Positions 26,439 through 35,904 of a DNA stretch of 51,648 bases are shown here, in pieces. Positions within the stretch are counted from its first letter, which is position 1, and every line of letters begins with the position of its first letter. The position numbers were made by a program, and so were the translations under genes. The notes beneath the pieces were generated by a model. That model searched no databases, was not told the origin of the DNA, and saw only the letters and a program-made list of their open reading frames with translations. The DNA comes from Clostridia bacterium (lineage in GTDB: Bacteria; Bacillota; Clostridia; Oscillospirales; CAG-272), in the NCBI GenBank assembly GCA_017482495.1, contig JAFUMU010000034.1:1-51648 (forward strand), read 5' to 3'.

Positions 26439-28511
26439 TTACTCGTCGTCAGCCTCTGCCTTTGCCTTAGCGATGATCTTCTGAGCTTCGCTGTTAGGAA
26501 CCTCTTCATAACGAATGAACTTGAATGTGTAGCTTCCTCTGCCCTGTGTCATAGCGCGAAGAACTATTGCATAATCCATCATCTCTGCCTTGGGTGCTTC
26601 AGCTTCAATTATTGTATATCCCTTTCTCTCTTCGTCAGGTGTCATACCCATAACGCGACCGCGGCGCTTTGTGATATCGCCCATTACGTCGCCCATCATA
26701 TATTCGGGAACGGATATCTTCATTTCGCCTACAGGCTCAAGAAGAACAGGATTTGCATTGGGAAGTCCGTTCTTATATGCAAGCTTTGCTGCAAGCTTGA
26801 AGGAAATTTCGTTGGAGTCAACGTCGTGGTAGGAGCCGTCGTAAAGGTCTGCCTGCAGGTTAACTACTGGATAGCCTGCAAGTACACCCTTCTGCATTGC
26901 TTCAAGAAGACCCTTTTCAACTGCGGGGTAGAATCCCTTAGGTACTGCGCCGCCTACTACGGACTGTGTAAATGTAAGACCGTCAGCCTCGCCTCTTGAG
27001 AATGTGATCTTAACATGACCGTACTGTCCGCTACCGCCGGACTGCTTCTTATGCTTACCTTCAGCCTGAACGGATTTCTTAATGGTCTCTCTGTATGCGA
27101 TCTTAGGCTCAACAAATTCAACCTTTGTTCCGTAGCGGTTCTTCATCTTGGACTTAACTACATCAAGATGGATATCGGAAACGCCGGACAGTGTCAGCTG
27201 CTTTGTTTCAGCATTATTTTCATATACAAGTGTGGGATCCTCATCGAGAAGACGTGCGATAGCTGTGGAGATCTTATCCTCGTCGCCCTTAGCCGCCGCA
27301 ACAACTGCCTTTGTCATATGAGCCTCGGGAAACTTGATTCCAACGTATGTAATAGCCTTGCCTGCGCAAAGTGTGTCGCCTGTAGCTGTATCGGAGAGCT
27401 TAAGCAATACGCCGATGTCACCACAGCAAAGCTCGTCTACCTCTGTCTGCTGCTTGCCGCGTACTATATAGATATGTCCTGCCTTTTCCTGAGCACCTGT
27501 TCTTGAGTTGGTCAGAACCATATCCTTCTTAAGTGTACCGTTCATGACCTTAAACATTGTCTGCTTACCGAACTGATCGGCAACAGTTTTAAATACGAAC
27601 AGTGAGCAATCTCCCTCGGGCTCGATGGGCTTATCTGCAATAAATTCGTCAACGATGATCTTTTCGTTCTTCTTAGCTGTGATTCTGGGGAATGATCCCT
27701 TAATAGCTGAAACGAGAGTACGAACACCCCACATATTGGGAACGGAGCCGCAATATACAGGAACGATATCACCTGTGATAATAGCCTGGTGGAGCGCCTC
27801 GATAGCCTCGGCACTTGTGATGACCTCGCCGCCGAAGAATTTATCCATCAGCTCGTCGCTTGTTGTAGCGATGGCCTCATTGAAGGTCTCAAGATACTGC
27901 TCAACGATAGAATACAGATCTGCGTCCATATTGATATCGCTGCGGCGACCCTTTTCGTCAAATACGAATGCCATTCTCTCTGCAAGAGATACATATGTCA
28001 TTCTATCCTTGTACATAACAGGAACGCTTGTGAGACATACTCTGCGTCCGAACTTTTCACGGATCTCGTTGAATACTCTTTCGTAGTCAGCTTCGGGATC
28101 ATCAAGCTTATTGATAAAGAACGCTGTGGGAAGTCCTGCCTTTGTTGCTCTTTCCCATGCAAGCTCTGTACCAACCTCAACGCCTGCCTTACCGTCTACA
28201 ACGATAACTGCCGCGTCTGCCGCACGCAGACCTTCCATTGTCTCACCGATAAAGTCGGGGGAGCCGGGAGTATCGAGAACGTTGATCTTATGGTCGTGAT
28301 AATAGTAACCTATATTTGAAAGAGATACAGATGAGCCTCTTGCGATCTCTTCGGGATCAAAGTCAGAAACTGTGTTTCCATCAGTTACCTTACCCATTCT
28401 GTCAATATCGCCAACGCTGAAAAGCATTGCCTCAGCAAGCGAAGTCTTACCGCTTCCGCTATGTCCGAGAAGTACAAGGTTTCTGATGTTTTTTGTGGTA
28501 ATTGCAGCCAT
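26439..28511 (-). CDS. Elongation factor G paralogue (EF-G2 type)
   Basis: GHSGSGKT, DTPG, NKLD, YRETI, HKKQSGGSGQYGH, DGSYHDVDS, LLEP, LRAMTQGRG; G2 motif RGSSV instead of RGITI. Confidence 0.93.
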   Translation of the reverse strand: MAAITTKNIRNLVLLGHSGSGKTSLAEAMLFSVGDIDRMGKVTDGNTVSDFDPEEIARGSSVSLSNIGYYYHDHKINVLDTPGSPDFIGETMEGLRAADAAVIVVDGKAGVEVGTELAWERATKAGLPTAFFINKLDDPEADYERVFNEIREKFGRRVCLTSVPVMYKDRMTYVSLAERMAFVFDEKGRRSDINMDADLYSIVEQYLETFNEAIATTSDELMDKFFGGEVITSAEAIEALHQAIITGDIVPVYCGSVPNMWGVRTLVSAIKGSFPRITAKKNEKIIVDEFIADKPIEPEGDCSLFVFKTVADQFGKQTMFKVMNGTLKKDMVLTNSRTGAQEKAGHIYIVRGKQQTEVDELCCGDIGVLLKLSDTATGDTLCAGKAITYVGIKFPEAHMTKAVVAAAKGDEDKISTAIARLLDEDPTLVYENNAETKQLTLSGVSDIHLDVVKSKMKNRYGTKVEFVEPKIAYRETIKKSVQAEGKHKKQSGGSGQYGHVKITFSRGEADGLTFTQSVVGGAVPKGFYPAVEKGLLEAMQKGVLAGYPVVNLQADLYDGSYHDVDSNEISFKLAAKLAYKNGLPNANPVLLEPVGEMKISVPEYMMGDVMGDITKRRGRVMGMTPDEERKGYTIIEAEAPKAEMMDYAIVLRAMTQGRGSYTFKFIRYEEVPNSEAQKIIAKAKAEADDE

Positions 28512-28664
28512 TGTTAGATATTTCTCCTTTGTTATTTGTTCCATTTAACCAAAAGTCAATGATAAATTAATTATAAACTACCCAAAACAAATATGCAAGT
28601 AAAACCCACCGAATCAATGTAGAATTACTTACAGATTTTTTGTGCATCTTTCACAATTTTATAA

Positions 28665-29564
28665 TCAATTAATTGTTTTTGTGATGAAATATGCCAACAA
28701 AAAGCACACAGGCAAGGTTATGAGCCATCCCAAAACGATGGATAAAAGCTCTTTTATATCCACTTTTTTCCCGGATGCTGCCGCAGCTCCTGCGATAGCA
28801 CAGGTCTTAGTATGAGTAGTTGATGCAGGGATACCGAGAAGCGTTAAAAAAAGCAAGGAAGCAGCGCTTCCCATATCTGATGCCACAGCGCTTTTTGTAT
28901 CAACCGGCGTCATTCTTTCTCCCAACTTTATAACTATTCTCTTACCTCCCAGCAATGTACCGAGAAGCATTAAAGTTGCCACCGCCAGCACCGAAAACGC
29001 GGACTCGTTCATTATTCCCGTAGCAACGGCAAGGGCAAGAAATTTTTGCCCGTCCTGCGCACCGTGGACAAATGAACTGACAGCACAACCGGCTGTTACC
29101 AGCCATTTACCTGACAGTATTTTCAATGGAAGAAGCTTCACACATGCCCCTGAAAGTAACGCACCCAAAAGTGCACCTGCTACCGCTCCTACAGTTATGT
29201 ATATAAGCATATCCTTGTCAATGCTTTTGCCAAAAGCCGCGCCTGCACCTGCCATTGCGGCTATCATTGCATGACTCTCGCTTGTAGGAATTGAAAAGAA
29301 CCATGCACCTCCGGCAAATATGACTACAGTTAAAAGCACTGCCGCTCCTTCTCTCACATCTCCCGTTGACAGCTTTCCTACAGATTCGTACAACGAAGGA
29401 CTAAAGAAAGAAAAAACTGTAAGGCCCAAAAAGTTTAACAATGCAGATAATATTGCCGCTCTTCTGTAGCTCATAGCTCCGCCGCAAACTGCTCCCGTTA
29501 TGGCATTTGCCGCATCGGTGGCACCGTTGAGCATTACCGAGAGAATAAAAACTAAATATATCAC
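28665..29564 (-). CDS. Inorganic phosphate transporter, PiT/PHO4 family
   Basis: NGATDAAN, IPTSESH, HGAQDGQK, GIPASTTH; probable GTG start at 29564 after GGAG. Confidence 0.88.
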   Translation of the reverse strand: MIYLVFILSVMLNGATDAANAITGAVCGGAMSYRRAAILSALLNFLGLTVFSFFSPSLYESVGKLSTGDVREGAAVLLTVVIFAGGAWFFSIPTSESHAMIAAMAGAGAAFGKSIDKDMLIYITVGAVAGALLGALLSGACVKLLPLKILSGKWLVTAGCAVSSFVHGAQDGQKFLALAVATGIMNESAFSVLAVATLMLLGTLLGGKRIVIKLGERMTPVDTKSAVASDMGSAASLLFLTLLGIPASTTHTKTCAIAGAAAASGKKVDIKELLSIVLGWLITLPVCFLLAYFITKTIN

Positions 29565-29613
29565 ACTTCCATCTCCGATTGACAAAACTGCTTTAAGGTT
29601 ATATTATATATGT

Positions 29614-30216
29614 ATGAACGATTTTAGCTTTAATGAAAAAAACTCCTTCCGTCCTATAAGACTTATGCTCTGCGGCTTTTCTCCCGAATACAGAGAAATG
29701 CTCGCCCTTCTTTTCTCAGGAGAAGCCATCCTTTGCGACTCCGACGCTCAGGTCATTATCGCACAAGAAGGCGCTGAAATAAACCGCCCCAACATTCCCA
29801 CATTTATCTTGGGAACTACTGACACGAGACGCAGAAATAAAATATACATAAAGCGTCCTGTTGATCTGAGAAAGCTGAAAGCTGCAGTCCTCTCCATGGC
29901 GCGCTCCGACATTCACACGTCCGAATCCGCAAACGGTCTCACCTGTGACAGCGAGACATTAACGGTCTCACTGGGCAAAAATACGGTGCAGCTCACCTCT
30001 CTCGAATTTGCTCTTTTTTACCTGCTGTACGAGCACATGGGGGCTACTGTTTCAAGAGAGGATATAAACAGTACTTTGTGGCAGGAGGGTGAGGGATCTA
30101 ACGTTTGCGATGTGTACATCTGCTACCTGAGAAAAAAGCTGGATCCCCTTATAGGTAAAGGAAATATCCTGTCTGTCAGAGGACAGGGATACATGCTGAG
30201 AAAGATAGGCGGTTAA
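29614..30216 (+). CDS. OmpR/PhoB-type winged-helix regulator with degenerate receiver domain
   Basis: LTSLEFALFYLL, VSREDI..LW, SNVCDVYICYLRKKL, VRGQGY; N-domain lacks the acidic pocket. Confidence 0.82.
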   Translation: MNDFSFNEKNSFRPIRLMLCGFSPEYREMLALLFSGEAILCDSDAQVIIAQEGAEINRPNIPTFILGTTDTRRRNKIYIKRPVDLRKLKAAVLSMARSDIHTSESANGLTCDSETLTVSLGKNTVQLTSLEFALFYLLYEHMGATVSREDINSTLWQEGEGSNVCDVYICYLRKKLDPLIGKGNILSVRGQGYMLRKIGG

Positions 30217-30284
30217 ACTTATGCATTCGTCTAAAACGAGCTTTGGAAACACTATTTAATGCAATTGTCTAAAACGAGGTACAT

Positions 30285-31475
30285 ATGAAAGAAGTAATCC
30301 TTTGTAAATACGGAGAAATAATCTTAAAGGGCTCAAACAAGGGCAAATTTGAAGCGGCCCTTATGAAGGAAATGAAGAAGAGAGCAAAATATGTCGGCGG
30401 CTTTTCCGTTCGCTATAATCAGTCAACAGTATACGTTGAACCCACATCCGACGATGTTACCGAGGAGGATGTTGACGAGATGTATGCGCAGGCAAAGAAG
30501 GTGTTCGGATTTGCTTCAGTTACCCGCGCGGCTGTGTGCGAAAAGAATATGGATGACATCTGCAAAACAGCGAGAGAATACCTTCCCGAGAAGCTTATGG
30601 GCAAGAGAACATTCCGCTGTGAGGCAAAGAGAAGCGACAAGAAATTCCCCCTTTCCAGCCCCGAGATAGCCGCCGAGGTGGGCGGAGTTATCCTCAGCTG
30701 CGTCCCCAAGATAAAGGTTCAGCTTAAGAATCCCGAGATCACCGTAAGAGTTGAGGTCAGAGAAAAATACGCCTATATCCACGCAGGCCAGGAAAGAGCC
30801 GCAGGAGGAATCCCTCTGGGAACAGGCGGCCGCGGACTGCTTCTTCTCTCCGGCGGTATCGACAGCCCCGTTGCAGGATATATGATGGCAAAAAGAGGTC
30901 TTTATATCGACGCCCTCCACTTTGAAAGCTTTCCTTATACAAGTGAAAGAGCAAGAGAAAAGGTGCTTCAGCTTGGACGCGAGCTTACGGAATATTGCGG
31001 ACGTATCAGAGTTCACATAATCTCCCTCACCCACATTCAGGAGGAGCTTCGCGATAATTGCGAGGAGGACTACTTTACTCTCCTTCTCCGCCGATTTATG
31101 ATGGAGCTTGCAGACAAATGCGCAAAGGAAGAGGATTGCCGCTGTCTTATAACGGGCGAAAGCCTGGGTCAGGTTGCAAGCCAGACACTTGCGGCGATCA
31201 ACGTTACCGACTGTATGTCCACGCTTCCCGTTTTCCGTCCCTGCATCGGTCTTGATAAGGAAGAGATCGTTGAGAGAGCACGTGAGATCGGCACATTTGA
31301 AACAGCTATCCTACCCTACGAGGACTGCTGCACAGTGTTCACTCCCCGCCATCCCAGAACTCAGCCCGAGCTTGAGAAGGTTGAGGCTCAGGAGGCACTT
31401 ATCGACCGCGCCGCCCTTCTTGAAGAGGCTTGGCAGTCTAAATACACAGTTACGCTCCACCAGTTCGAGCAATGA
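30285..31475 (+). CDS. thiI: tRNA 4-thiouridine(8) synthase
   Basis: KYGEIILKG, THUMP domain, LLSGGIDSPVA, TGESLGQVASQT, EDCC. Confidence 0.96.
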   Translation: MKEVILCKYGEIILKGSNKGKFEAALMKEMKKRAKYVGGFSVRYNQSTVYVEPTSDDVTEEDVDEMYAQAKKVFGFASVTRAAVCEKNMDDICKTAREYLPEKLMGKRTFRCEAKRSDKKFPLSSPEIAAEVGGVILSCVPKIKVQLKNPEITVRVEVREKYAYIHAGQERAAGGIPLGTGGRGLLLLSGGIDSPVAGYMMAKRGLYIDALHFESFPYTSERAREKVLQLGRELTEYCGRIRVHIISLTHIQEELRDNCEEDYFTLLLRRFMMELADKCAKEEDCRCLITGESLGQVASQTLAAINVTDCMSTLPVFRPCIGLDKEEIVERAREIGTFETAILPYEDCCTVFTPRHPRTQPELEKVEAQEALIDRAALLEEAWQSKYTVTLHQFEQ

Positions 31476-31495
31476 TGATTTAATAGTTATTTATG

Positions 31496-31556
31496 CGGGG
31501 GAACCTCTCTTTCGGAGAGAGGTTCCCCCGTACCCCTTCCGGAGAACTTAAAATAA
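31496..31556. repeat. Solo left-end module of the multi-hairpin element
   Basis: cgggggaacctctct-ttcgg-agagaggttcccccg followed by taccccttccggagaacttaaaataa, matching 14956-15016 and 4462-4521. Confidence 0.75.
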
Positions 31557-31605
31557 TGGATATTTAATTCCGTTATTGCCGAATTTATAATTATTTCCCG
31601 AAAGC

Positions 31606-31638
31606 TGTAACTATTATCATCTTACGTCCGTATTAGTG
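31606..31638 (+). promoter_or_regulatory. Putative ECF-sigma autoregulatory promoter
   Basis: TGTAAC-N17-CGTATTAGTG upstream of the ECF sigma gene; matches the AAC/CGT ECF pattern. Confidence 0.55.
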
Positions 31639-31682
31639 GCAGAAGAGGATATTTCACTTCAGCGCAAAGAAAGGAAAAAGCT

Positions 31683-32222
31683 ATGATAGCATACTACCTG
31701 TCAATAGTCGAGACAGAAGAAGACAAAAATAGGATCACCCATATCTACACCGACTACTATAGCTTTATGTGCAGAGTTGCGGCAAAATATTTAAGGGAAC
31801 AAAGCGACATTGAAGACACGGTCCACAATGCAATGATGAAGATCATCGACAAGCTGGACACCATCGATTTTTCCGACGAAAAAAAGCTGAAAAGCTACAT
31901 AGGAGTTATAGTGAAGCACAAGGCCATCGACCTTATCCGCGCAGGGGACAAAAACACGACCCCACTTGAGGAATGCTTCTCTGTTGCCGACGACAGCCTC
32001 ACTCCCGAGGAAGCTGTCGTATCCGAGGACGCATACAGAGTGATCCTTGAAAGGATAGACAGCCTTGACGACATATACAAAAACGTGTGCATCCTTAAAT
32101 TCGTAAACGGTCTTAAGGAAAAGGACATTGCATCCCTGCTTGATATCACTGAAAATACCGTTGCGGTAAGGATATACCGAGCGAAAAAGATGCTGAAGGA
32201 ATCGCTTTCTGCCATCTGCTGA
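31683..32222 (+). CDS. ECF-type RNA polymerase sigma factor
   Basis: Region 2 (EDTVHNAM, KHKAIDLIR) and region 4 (EKDIASLLDITENTVAVRIYRAKKML); 179 aa. Confidence 0.92.
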   Translation: MIAYYLSIVETEEDKNRITHIYTDYYSFMCRVAAKYLREQSDIEDTVHNAMMKIIDKLDTIDFSDEKKLKSYIGVIVKHKAIDLIRAGDKNTTPLEECFSVADDSLTPEEAVVSEDAYRVILERIDSLDDIYKNVCILKFVNGLKEKDIASLLDITENTVAVRIYRAKKMLKESLSAIC

Positions 32223-32293
32223 AAAAAGCAGGTAATATTCTCTTCTTAACCTAATTACCAAGGGAACTCACCTTGGAGAAAGGCAGGAAATAT

Positions 32294-34348
32294 ATGAATT
32301 TCAGCAGTTTTGATATGCTTATGGAAAAGGCTTTCAACGATCACTGCGCTACAGAATTCAGCGAAGAAAATCTTTCGGTTGGCTGCTACGAAATACCGAA
32401 AAAGGAGCTTGCTTGGGCAAGGCTTCAGGACAGAATACGAAACAGAAGAAAGGCCCCTCGCCTTACGGCTCTGAAAAAATGCGCCGCAGTAGTATTGGTA
32501 TTTGCATCGGTGGCGGCGGCTGTTCTTGCTTCAAGCGTTGAGGTAAGAGCGGCTGTCGGAGAATTTTTCTCCTCCTGGTTCAGCCGCATCGCCGACATCT
32601 TCTATACAGAAGAACCGCATGAGGCAGAGGAAGCTGACCTTTATCTGTACGACGTTACATACGTGCCCCAGGGCTTTGAATTGGTCGAAAAGGCAGAGGG
32701 CGAGCTTCTCCGCCGATACGTATATACAAATATGGGCAAGGATCTCATCATAGAGATCGCCCGAACCGACAAGGCGACCGTTAAGCTTGACAGCGACACG
32801 AGCCTGTACGAGGAAGTGTGGCTGGGCAAAAACAGCGCATATTTCATAAGAGAAAAGGACGGCGAAAACTCTGCCGTTATATTCGGAGACAAAAATATAA
32901 CCGTCTATGCGGGAGGAGAGCTTGAACGGGACGAGCTGATCAGAGTGGCAAGCGGCATAAATACCAACGAAGCAACCGTCCTCGGATACGTGAGAAAATT
33001 CAACTCTCATACATCCGAGCTTCCCAATATTGCAACGTATGAATACACCCGTGCCGTCAGAGATTTTGATTATGCTTCTGAGACTGAGCTTGAAGCTCCC
33101 GTTAAAATGGGAATCAGACTTCCCTATAGCTGGAGACATGCAGGACTTAATTCCTGCGAAAGCATTGACCCCGAAGGCTTCTATACCCATATCGCATCCT
33201 CGTCAGCCGTGGTGCTTTTCAAGGTCGACAGCGACTTCGTCCTTGACTGCCGTTTCCACGAAACTCAGAGGAACAGATTTGCATTCTCCCTCTCCACCTT
33301 TGAAGGAAAGAAGGTTTCGCAGTACAGAACTGCCGGCGGATTTGACTCTGTTATCTATTACCGGTATGACGATGCAGACAACATCTTCCTCTACGCCTTC
33401 ATCCGCATTTCGGACGAGTATATAATGAGCATAAATTTAAACGACGACAGCAAAAACGCCGCAGTTATGCTTGATATTCTCGACAGCATAAAATACGGAG
33501 AATACGATCCTGCAGAGGAAGAAGCACATACTGTTATACGCCATAATTTCGAGCTTCTCACGGAAAGAGAAAAGCAGCTTTATATGATGCTTGAAAAGGG
33601 CGAGATAACTGACGGCACTATATTTTACGGAGAGGATGCAGAAGCCATCCGCATCGCAACAAAGCTTTACCGCTTAAATAACGAAGCCGAGGCTTGGCGC
33701 AACGGTTCAAGAATCTATTACACAGAGGTCCCCGATTACGGCAAGAGCGAGGCTATCCTCCATTTCGATACGGTGGATGCAAGTGAGGCCGGCTGGTATA
33801 ACAGCGCAAGCGAAGGATCATATCAGCTTACGAAAAACTATATAGTGAAGCTTGCAGGAGAAAAGAAGACCGACGTCGAAAAGCTTCGCTTCATTGCCGA
33901 CATTTTCTGTAAAAATGCAAATCTTACAGACACGGGCTACAGCGAGATAATCCCCTACACCAATCTCTCCGTTACAGCGCTTGACACTATGAGCGGCAAC
34001 TGCTGCGGATTTGCCTACGCATTCGAGGCAATATGCAATGCCGTAGGAATCGAGACTATCACAGTCTATTCATCCGAGTCTGAGGGTCACTTCTCAGACA
34101 ACAATTTCGCACCTCACGATCATTATTGGAATATGGTAAAGCTTGACGGTGAATGGTATCACATCGACCTGTCGCGAATGATGGCAAGCCGATACGATTC
34201 TGACCCCTACGAACTTTACTTCCTTATTTCCGATGACGATTGCGCGGAAATAAACGGTGGATTTTCACGTATGCTTTACGGTGATGTCATCACAAGCGAT
34301 GCCTTCGCCCTTCCCCGCGCCGCAGCAACCTACGGAAAGGAGAGCTGA
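32294..34348 (+). CDS. Anti-sigma-like membrane protein (DUF4367-like) fused to a C-terminal transglutaminase-like domain
   Basis: Short cytoplasmic N-terminus, one TM helix, YVPQGFEL...ELIRVA domain, then GNCCGFAYAF / HYWNMVKLDGEWYHID Cys-His-Asp triad. Confidence 0.75.
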   Translation: MNFSSFDMLMEKAFNDHCATEFSEENLSVGCYEIPKKELAWARLQDRIRNRRKAPRLTALKKCAAVVLVFASVAAAVLASSVEVRAAVGEFFSSWFSRIADIFYTEEPHEAEEADLYLYDVTYVPQGFELVEKAEGELLRRYVYTNMGKDLIIEIARTDKATVKLDSDTSLYEEVWLGKNSAYFIREKDGENSAVIFGDKNITVYAGGELERDELIRVASGINTNEATVLGYVRKFNSHTSELPNIATYEYTRAVRDFDYASETELEAPVKMGIRLPYSWRHAGLNSCESIDPEGFYTHIASSSAVVLFKVDSDFVLDCRFHETQRNRFAFSLSTFEGKKVSQYRTAGGFDSVIYYRYDDADNIFLYAFIRISDEYIMSINLNDDSKNAAVMLDILDSIKYGEYDPAEEEAHTVIRHNFELLTEREKQLYMMLEKGEITDGTIFYGEDAEAIRIATKLYRLNNEAEAWRNGSRIYYTEVPDYGKSEAILHFDTVDASEAGWYNSASEGSYQLTKNYIVKLAGEKKTDVEKLRFIADIFCKNANLTDTGYSEIIPYTNLSVTALDTMSGNCCGFAYAFEAICNAVGIETITVYSSESEGHFSDNNFAPHDHYWNMVKLDGEWYHIDLSRMMASRYDSDPYELYFLISDDDCAEINGGFSRMLYGDVITSDAFALPRAAATYGKES

Positions 34349-34349
34349 A

Positions 34350-35549
34350 ATGAAAAAAATTATCAGAATAATATCACTTTTTCTGTCGGCAATAATCTTC
34401 GCATCATGCACCTCATCTTATGCCGGTACAAAAGACAACGTAACAGAAGCGGAAATGCTCGGCTTTGAGCGATCAAACGGGGAATATGTTTCCACACTTA
34501 CAGCTGATGCTACTCTGACTTATTCCTCATATATAAGCGGGGACAGCTCCACAGCACTTACCGTCCCAACCGCAGTAAATATAAAGCTCCCCGAGAAGTG
34601 GGAGGCCGTGGATACAAATATCTATAAAAATACAGAAAAGGAAAGCTCCTCTGCACTTGTTCTGAAGGCTCCCTTTATCTACGAAAGCACCGACAGCATC
34701 ACTTGGGACAGGACCATACACGAAAAGCTTAATACATCCGGAATAACTGCCGATCTCTCAAGCTGGAGCACCTGCTTCTACAAAAACAAAAACAACTGCC
34801 AATGTATCATATATTACAGCTACGGCACAAACGACGTTTTCTCTCTGTATGCTTATATTGAATTAAGTGAGAGCTTCATTCTTGCCGTCAGTATGCAGGA
34901 CGAGGAACAGCTGAGGGGGCAAATGCTTGATATTATCGACAGCATCTCCATAGGCACGTATGATACAGATCCCCTTTGTACAACCACGGACCTGAGAGGA
35001 TATATGAGCTATCTGGTGAACTACTTTAACCGAGCATACAGAAAAGGCTATGACCTAACAGATATCAACATCACGTATCTTTGCTTCCTTTACGCCTATT
35101 CAAATAAGGAATGCTTCTATGATATAAGAACCGATCTTGCCAAGCAGCATATCCTTTTACCTGAAGATCGGGCGCAGGAGATATGCAAGGGGCTTCTCGG
35201 AGATGGTATAAAGTTAAGCGACTACGCTCAGATCTATCTTAATAATACCGAAACGGGAGACGGTATCTACGGCGGCGTCGACGGTATGGGATATGTGATC
35301 AATTATGCCAGAGACTATTGGCAGGGAGATATATGGGAGCTTGATTACACAAACTACGCAGATCCCCTGTCCATTACCGAAAACGGCAACATTGTACGGG
35401 TAACGGCGCATATCTGCTCAAATCCCATATACTCTGAGGAAGAGCCTCAGCAAAAAACATTGGAATACGTTTTCAACAAGGTTACTTTGACCGACAAAAT
35501 GGGCTACAGCCACACGTATTATCAGCTCACAGAGATCAACAAGATTTAG
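34350..35549 (+). CDS. Lipoprotein of unknown function
   Basis: MKKIIRIISLFLSAIIFAS-C lipobox; AAGGAG RBS; coupled to the upstream stop codon. Confidence 0.8.
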   Translation: MKKIIRIISLFLSAIIFASCTSSYAGTKDNVTEAEMLGFERSNGEYVSTLTADATLTYSSYISGDSSTALTVPTAVNIKLPEKWEAVDTNIYKNTEKESSSALVLKAPFIYESTDSITWDRTIHEKLNTSGITADLSSWSTCFYKNKNNCQCIIYYSYGTNDVFSLYAYIELSESFILAVSMQDEEQLRGQMLDIIDSISIGTYDTDPLCTTTDLRGYMSYLVNYFNRAYRKGYDLTDINITYLCFLYAYSNKECFYDIRTDLAKQHILLPEDRAQEICKGLLGDGIKLSDYAQIYLNNTETGDGIYGGVDGMGYVINYARDYWQGDIWELDYTNYADPLSITENGNIVRVTAHICSNPIYSEEEPQQKTLEYVFNKVTLTDKMGYSHTYYQLTEINKI

Positions 35550-35563
35550 TAACAAACAAAAAT

Positions 35564-35594
35564 GAGGGGGCGGGTTTAGTAAACCCGCCCCCTC
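35564..35594 (+). terminator. Hairpin after the ECF operon
   Basis: gagggggcgggttta-g-taaacccgccccctc perfect IR; no U-tract on the plus strand. Confidence 0.5.
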
Positions 35595-35865
35595 GTACGG
35601 CTTAAACTTATTCTTGCGGCGGCTTTACGGCAAGGGGTCCTCAAAACGAGCGTGCCGAGTTTTGGGGTTCACGTGAGGCCGCCCTACAGGGACCTTGGGT
35701 TTGTGTAGTTTAAATGGACTTCAACGGCGGGATGAGGGCATCCCGCCCTACAGGTGTTTTGGGTTTGTGCGGTTTAAACGGGTTTCAACGGAGCGACGAG
35801 GGCGGCCGGGGTTCCCCAACGCGAGCTTGCCGAGCTTTGGGGGTTCGCGGCGTCGCTCCCTACAG
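35594..35865 (-). repeat. Tandem array of three GTAG-type REP palindromes
   Basis: Palindromes ending in CTAC at 35618-35687, 35726-35751 and 35790-35863, separated by related spacers (ttgggtttgtg...tttaaa.gg.ttcaac). Confidence 0.8.
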
Positions 35866-35904
35866 AATCACGGATCGTACAGCTAAAAAATAAGCCCTTT
35901 TGAT

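Noticed and set aside
35594-35865. Possible CRISPR array
   Set aside because: Units vary in sequence and length, spacers are similar to each other and no cas genes are present; better explained as REPs.
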